DNA from: a virus
DNA length: 37,852 nt
UHGV virus genome: UHGV-0199318
Reading direction: 5' to 3' (one strand)
Shown: one piece after another, positions 34,306 to 37,852 of the stretch
How the letters are laid out: every line of letters begins with the position of its first letter
Position numbering within the stretch: position 1 is the stretch's first letter
Program-made: the position numbers and the translations under genes
Notes under the pieces: generated by a model
Told to the model about the DNA's origin: nothing
Database searches by the model: none
What the model saw: only the letters and a program-made list of their open reading frames with translations

Positions 34306-34629
34306 ATGGCATACGAACCAACTACATGGAATAATGATGACGTTATTACAGCGGAGAAACTGAATAAGTTAGAGCAGGGCGTGAAGAATGAGCAGGTTGG
34401 ACCAGCAGGGCCAGCAGGGCCAGCAGGGCCAGCAGGCCCAAAAGGCGATCCGGGTGCGCAGGGACCTGCGGGACCAAGTTACACTCTTCCAGCAGCAAGC
34501 AAAACAACACTGGGCGGTGTGAAACAGGCTGCGCTTGTAGCAGAAGCGGCAGGAGAGAATGTGGCAAAGGCAGAATTCAAAGCACTTCTTGACGCATTAA
34601 AGGCAGCCGGACAGATGGCAAGAGAGTAA
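34306..34629 (+). CDS. Collagen-like repeat protein (head fiber/decoration candidate)
   Basis: 107 aa from ATG 34306 (AATGGAGGT RBS). N-terminus MAYEPTTWNNDDVITAEKLNKLEQG, then GPAGPAGPAGPAGPKGDPGAQGPAGP, then an Ala-rich helical tail. Confidence 0.6.
   Translation: MAYEPTTWNNDDVITAEKLNKLEQGVKNEQVGPAGPAGPAGPAGPKGDPGAQGPAGPSYTLPAASKTTLGGVKQAALVAEAAGENVAKAEFKALLDALKAAGQMARE
34401..34436 (+). repeat. 4 x 9-bp perfect tandem repeat (gccagcagg) encoding (GPA)n
   Basis: accagcagg gccagcagg gccagcagg gccagcagg, seen directly in the sequence. Confidence 0.85.
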
Positions 34630-34640
34630 AAGGAGCACCT

Positions 34641-35015
34641 ATGTTAGTAGACTACAGTTACTACATTGAGGATTTCGGGGGAGAGAAAATCTCCTCTGAG
34701 TCCGATTTTAAAAGAATCAGAAATTTGGCAGAAACGCATCTTTGCAACTTTACGTTTAACAGAATTAAAAATGATGTAGAGAATGAGCATTTGATTAAAT
34801 CGTGTATTTGTGAAATGTGCGATACAATCTATGACATGACCTTAAAAGACGGCGGGAAAGTTAAAAAGTCCGAAAATACAGACGGGTACTCTGTGTCTTA
34901 TGTAACAGAGCGTATTGACGGACAGGACACAGAAAAAGCGCTTGAGAATAAGCTGTACCGGATTGCGAAAGTCTATCTCGGTAATACTGGCTTACTGTAT
35001 CGCGGAGTATGCTAA
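34641..35015 (+). CDS. Head-tail connector/adaptor protein (gp6-like)
   Basis: 124 aa, first gene after the capsid/decoration genes. Tight coupling to neighbours. Confidence 0.5.
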   Translation: MLVDYSYYIEDFGGEKISSESDFKRIRNLAETHLCNFTFNRIKNDVENEHLIKSCICEMCDTIYDMTLKDGGKVKKSENTDGYSVSYVTERIDGQDTEKALENKLYRIAKVYLGNTGLLYRGVC

Positions 35016-35344
35016 TAAATTCAGACGCCACCCTGTACAGCCGGAAGTATAACCCGTCTACTCGGCTGGATGAGTGGGAACGAACCTACATCCCGGAAGT
35101 GTGGTGGTACAAAAACGAAAAGTCGCAGATCACGACAGATGGATTAAAGCAAGCAGACACCTACACCGTCAGAATCCCGGACACGAGCGTGGCTGTCAAA
35201 AAAGATGATTATCTTGTAAAAGGAGATTGTAAGGTTGACATGCAGACCATCAAGGATTTGGATGGGCTGGATAAGACCAGAGTCACATCTGCAAACTACA
35301 ATACTTTTGGCGGCAATCCGCATATTAAGGTGGTGGGAATATAA
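35009..35344 (+). CDS. Head closure / head-tail joining protein
   Basis: 111 aa, overlaps neighbours by 7 nt (5') and 1 nt (3'). Position in the connector module. Confidence 0.45.
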   Translation: MLINSDATLYSRKYNPSTRLDEWERTYIPEVWWYKNEKSQITTDGLKQADTYTVRIPDTSVAVKKDDYLVKGDCKVDMQTIKDLDGLDKTRVTSANYNTFGGNPHIKVVGI

Positions 35345-35745
35345 TGGCAAAAGGAAAGAAAAAATTCCAGATTGAGACGCCGAGAGGTAAGATATCAACT
35401 TACACGATTTCCAAGGGAAATTTGAAAGGAAGGACAATAGCGAGACTCGACTGGAATCCGAACTTTAGACCGAATATGGAATCCGGTTTCGCAAACGCAC
35501 AGGAGTTTGTTGATTCTGAGTGCATCCGGCGCATGAAACCGGAGACTCCAAGACGGACAGGTGCACTGGATAAGTCAGCGACTCTTGGCAGCGTGATCGG
35601 CAGTGGTGAGATCAACCAGATTGCGCCTTATGCACGTAGACATTATTACGAGCATAAGGAAAAATCACGATGGTTTGAGCGCATGAAGAACCGGCACAAG
35701 GACTCCATATTGAAAGGAGCAGCGAACTATGTCAAATCTCACTGA
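35344..35745 (+). CDS. Tail completion / neck protein (HK97 gp10-like position)
   Basis: 133 aa. Assignment from synteny only. Confidence 0.4.
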   Translation: MAKGKKKFQIETPRGKISTYTISKGNLKGRTIARLDWNPNFRPNMESGFANAQEFVDSECIRRMKPETPRRTGALDKSATLGSVIGSGEINQIAPYARRHYYEHKEKSRWFERMKNRHKDSILKGAANYVKSH

Positions 35746-36148
35746 CAGTGTCAGATCGTACATCCTCATGTGCCCGTTTTTAAGTGATGGGCGTGTAAAT
35801 GTGGACTATATCGGAACAGATATGGGATATTCAATCGACCCTCTTCCGTGTGATCCAATTATCCAGAGATATATGGATGGTGGAGCAAAAAAGCAGTTCC
35901 AGTTTGCATTTACAAGCCAAGAGGAATACGATCAGGACGCAAGGATAAATATTGAGAACAGCGGATTCTTCCAAAGTTTTGAGGAATGGCTGGAACAGCA
36001 GAGTTTTAATGGGAATCTGCCGGAACTCGGAGAAAAGAAGAATCCAATATCAATCGAAACTTTAAACAGCGGCTACCTGTATGATATGAACGGAGAAAAT
36101 GCCAAGTATCGCATAGAGTGCCGCTTAATTTATGCACAGGAGGTATAA
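35729..36148 (+). CDS. Tail terminator / tail-to-head joining protein
   Basis: 139 aa, directly upstream of the major tail protein. Assignment from synteny only. Confidence 0.4.
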   Translation: MSNLTDSVRSYILMCPFLSDGRVNVDYIGTDMGYSIDPLPCDPIIQRYMDGGAKKQFQFAFTSQEEYDQDARINIENSGFFQSFEEWLEQQSFNGNLPELGEKKNPISIETLNSGYLYDMNGENAKYRIECRLIYAQEV

Positions 36149-36150
36149 AT

Positions 36151-36675
36151 ATGGCAGAGAAAAAGTCTGAATTAGTTGGACGCCACAAACGGGTGGCATA
36201 CATGAACACGGACGCTACTGGAAGCTCACCAAAATTCGAACGCATGACGAATTTTACAACCATGACAAACGGAAAAAACCCGAAAGAGTATTCCAGACAG
36301 TACGTGGATGAGATCGCGGAGCGTGCAGACGTTGTGGGGTACGCGCCGGCAATTGAATATTCGTTTGACCGGTACACAAACAACCCGGTACACGAAAAAA
36401 TCGCAACAATCCACGATGGTGAAAAACTTGGAGATGACGCACATGTAGAGGTTGTAGTTGTCGATTTCTTCAAGAAAAGTGACAAGGGCGATAAGTGTTA
36501 CGCTACAAAAAGAACCTATGCGGTTATCCCGGATTCGGACGGAGACGGAACGGATGCGCTTGTGTATAGCGGATCTCTTAAATCTGTGTCCGACATCGAG
36601 GAAGGATACGTTACAGAAACTGATTTTACAAGCAAGACGGTTACTTACACAAAAGGTGATTACGCAGAAACTTAA
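36151..36675 (+). CDS. Major tail protein
   Basis: 174 aa from ATG 36151 with strong AGGAGGT RBS. Immediately upstream of the chaperone pair and TMP. Confidence 0.7.
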   Translation: MAEKKSELVGRHKRVAYMNTDATGSSPKFERMTNFTTMTNGKNPKEYSRQYVDEIAERADVVGYAPAIEYSFDRYTNNPVHEKIATIHDGEKLGDDAHVEVVVVDFFKKSDKGDKCYATKRTYAVIPDSDGDGTDALVYSGSLKSVSDIEEGYVTETDFTSKTVTYTKGDYAET

Positions 36676-36698
36676 TGAAAGAAAAGGAGAGTGAGCCA

Positions 36699-37064
36699 AT
36701 GAGCCAGTGGAAATGGAATGACGTAGAGCTTGAAATCGATATGGACGATGTAGAGTTTTTGGAAAGGTATGAAAAGGTATTTGAAAACATCGAGCCGAGG
36801 GAGAAGAATCTTGAAAAGGTTGGAAAAATATCTGAAATAACCAGAGAATATTGTTTGCTGTTTTATGATATTTTTGACGGAATTTTCGGAGAAGGTACTT
36901 CTGAAAAACTTTTTGATGGGAAAATGAATTTGAGAGTTTGCGAAGAGTGCTATGATTCGTTCATTGCTGTATGTGAAAAAGAAATCAATGCCGTAAACAA
37001 AAGAAGAAATTCTGTTGTTAGCAAATATGCTCCGAATAGAGCTCAGAGACGTGCAAAGAAATAA
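36699..37064 (+). CDS. Tail assembly chaperone (gpG analog)
   Basis: 121 aa acidic protein from ATG 36699 (AAAGGAGAG RBS), between the major tail protein and TMP. Confidence 0.6.
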   Translation: MSQWKWNDVELEIDMDDVEFLERYEKVFENIEPREKNLEKVGKISEITREYCLLFYDIFDGIFGEGTSEKLFDGKMNLRVCEECYDSFIAVCEKEINAVNKRRNSVVSKYAPNRAQRRAKK

Positions 37065-37065
37065 C

Positions 37066-37638
37066 ATGAATTTTTTCTATGAAGAGTTACCAAACACGGT
37101 AAATGTGAAAGGTGAAAACATCAAGATCATTACGGATTTCCGTGAATACATCAGACTTTTGGATATGTTAAAAGACCAAGAGCTTGATGCTCTTCAAAAA
37201 TTTGCAATCATACAGCAGTATTTTCTTGATGACATAGTCGCAGACGAAGAAGCTATAAGTGCATTGTCCTGCTTTATAACGATGGATGCAAATTGCGTAG
37301 AGGCTGCGGAGACAGGTGATTGTGGGAGACCGCAAGAAAAGCCGAAGAAAAATTTGTTCTCGTACTCCATTGATTATCCATATATATTATCCGGCTTTCT
37401 CAGAGATTATGGGATTGATTTAATCGACATTAAATATATGCACTGGTGGAAATTCCGGATGCTTTTCGATGGTCTGTCTGACGATACGGAAATCAAGCAG
37501 CGAATAATGTACCGCAGCGTTGATTTATCGGAAATCAAAGACAAAGAAGAGAGAAAACGAATTAAAAAGATCCAGAAATCAATTCAATTGCCATCTGAGA
37601 GTCTGACGGATTATGATATCGGAAACGCTTTCATGTGA
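37066..37638 (+). CDS. Gp15-like tail assembly protein (gpT analog; possibly expressed as a +1 frameshift fusion with the chaperone)
   Basis: 190 aa from ATG 37066 (weak RBS). Its reading frame is already open from 37015, i.e. +1 relative to the chaperone over the last 50 nt. Confidence 0.55.
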   Translation: MNFFYEELPNTVNVKGENIKIITDFREYIRLLDMLKDQELDALQKFAIIQQYFLDDIVADEEAISALSCFITMDANCVEAAETGDCGRPQEKPKKNLFSYSIDYPYILSGFLRDYGIDLIDIKYMHWWKFRMLFDGLSDDTEIKQRIMYRSVDLSEIKDKEERKRIKKIQKSIQLPSESLTDYDIGNAFM

Positions 37639-37648
37639 GGTGATGAAG

Positions 37649-37801
37649 ATGGACAAAATAAAGAAACCGCAACTGATAAGAAAGTGGTATAGATGTCCGG
37701 TGTGCGGGTGCAAACTCTTGATTTATGATAATACAACTGTCTGTACCAATGTATTTATTAAGTGCCGGACATGTAAAAAAGAAGTAGAGATTAAGATTTA
37801 A
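37649..37801 (+). CDS. Small zinc-ribbon protein (CPVCG...CRTC) between the tail chaperones and TMP
   Basis: 50 aa from ATG 37649 (GAGGTGA RBS). Two CxxC pairs. Confidence 0.45.
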   Translation: MDKIKKPQLIRKWYRCPVCGCKLLIYDNTTVCTNVFIKCRTCKKEVEIKI

Positions 37802-37852
37802 GCACTTTAAATTGAGCCATTGAGCCTGTGCTATCCATAAAGGAGGGATAGT

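Noticed and set aside
1-37852. CRISPR arrays, diversity-generating retroelement, retron or toxin-antitoxin pairs
   Set aside because: No array of regularly spaced direct repeats. No reverse-transcriptase-like ORF near the repeated Tal segments (the repeats are collagen triplets, not a VR/TR pair). No recognisable two-gene TA architecture.

Overview
The window reads as one complete, apparently circularly closed genome (~37.9 kb) of a temperate siphovirus from a low-GC Firmicutes (Clostridia-like) host. The start of the window is not a genome end: the last 17 nt carry an AAGGAGGG Shine-Dalgarno positioned for the ATG at nt 1, and the structural gene order continues across the junction (major tail protein, chaperones, then tape measure at nt 1). 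Reading clockwise from nt 1: tape measure, Dit and a 1366-aa collagen-containing Tal; a PBSX-like lysis cassette (XhlA, holin, Amidase_3 endolysin) interrupted by an intact IS110-family insertion sequence; a 46-bp imperfect palindrome beside the gene for a large serine recombinase (candidate attP); a lipoprotein moron; a small convergent micro-operon; a CI-like non-cleavable HTH repressor with divergent PRM/PR-like promoters and two 16-bp palindromic operators; an early operon with an AntA/KilAC antirepressor and many micro-ORFs; an SbcC-like ATPase, a RecT-like protein and a PD-(D/E)XK nuclease; an HNH nuclease split at an A6 run; two tandem RusA-family resolvases; a replisome organizer; an orphan C5 cytosine methyltransferase followed by a Lar-like protein and at least four small cysteine-motif proteins (putative anti-restriction island); YopX, DUF551 and an ArpU late activator; a structured non-coding region with tRNA-Asn(GUU); then TerS/TerL (PBSX type), portal, MuF, scaffold, capsid, a collagen-like head protein, connectors, major tail protein and tail chaperones. 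No CRISPR array, reverse transcriptase or rRNA is present. All calls rest on motif recognition and sequence reading, with no database searches.
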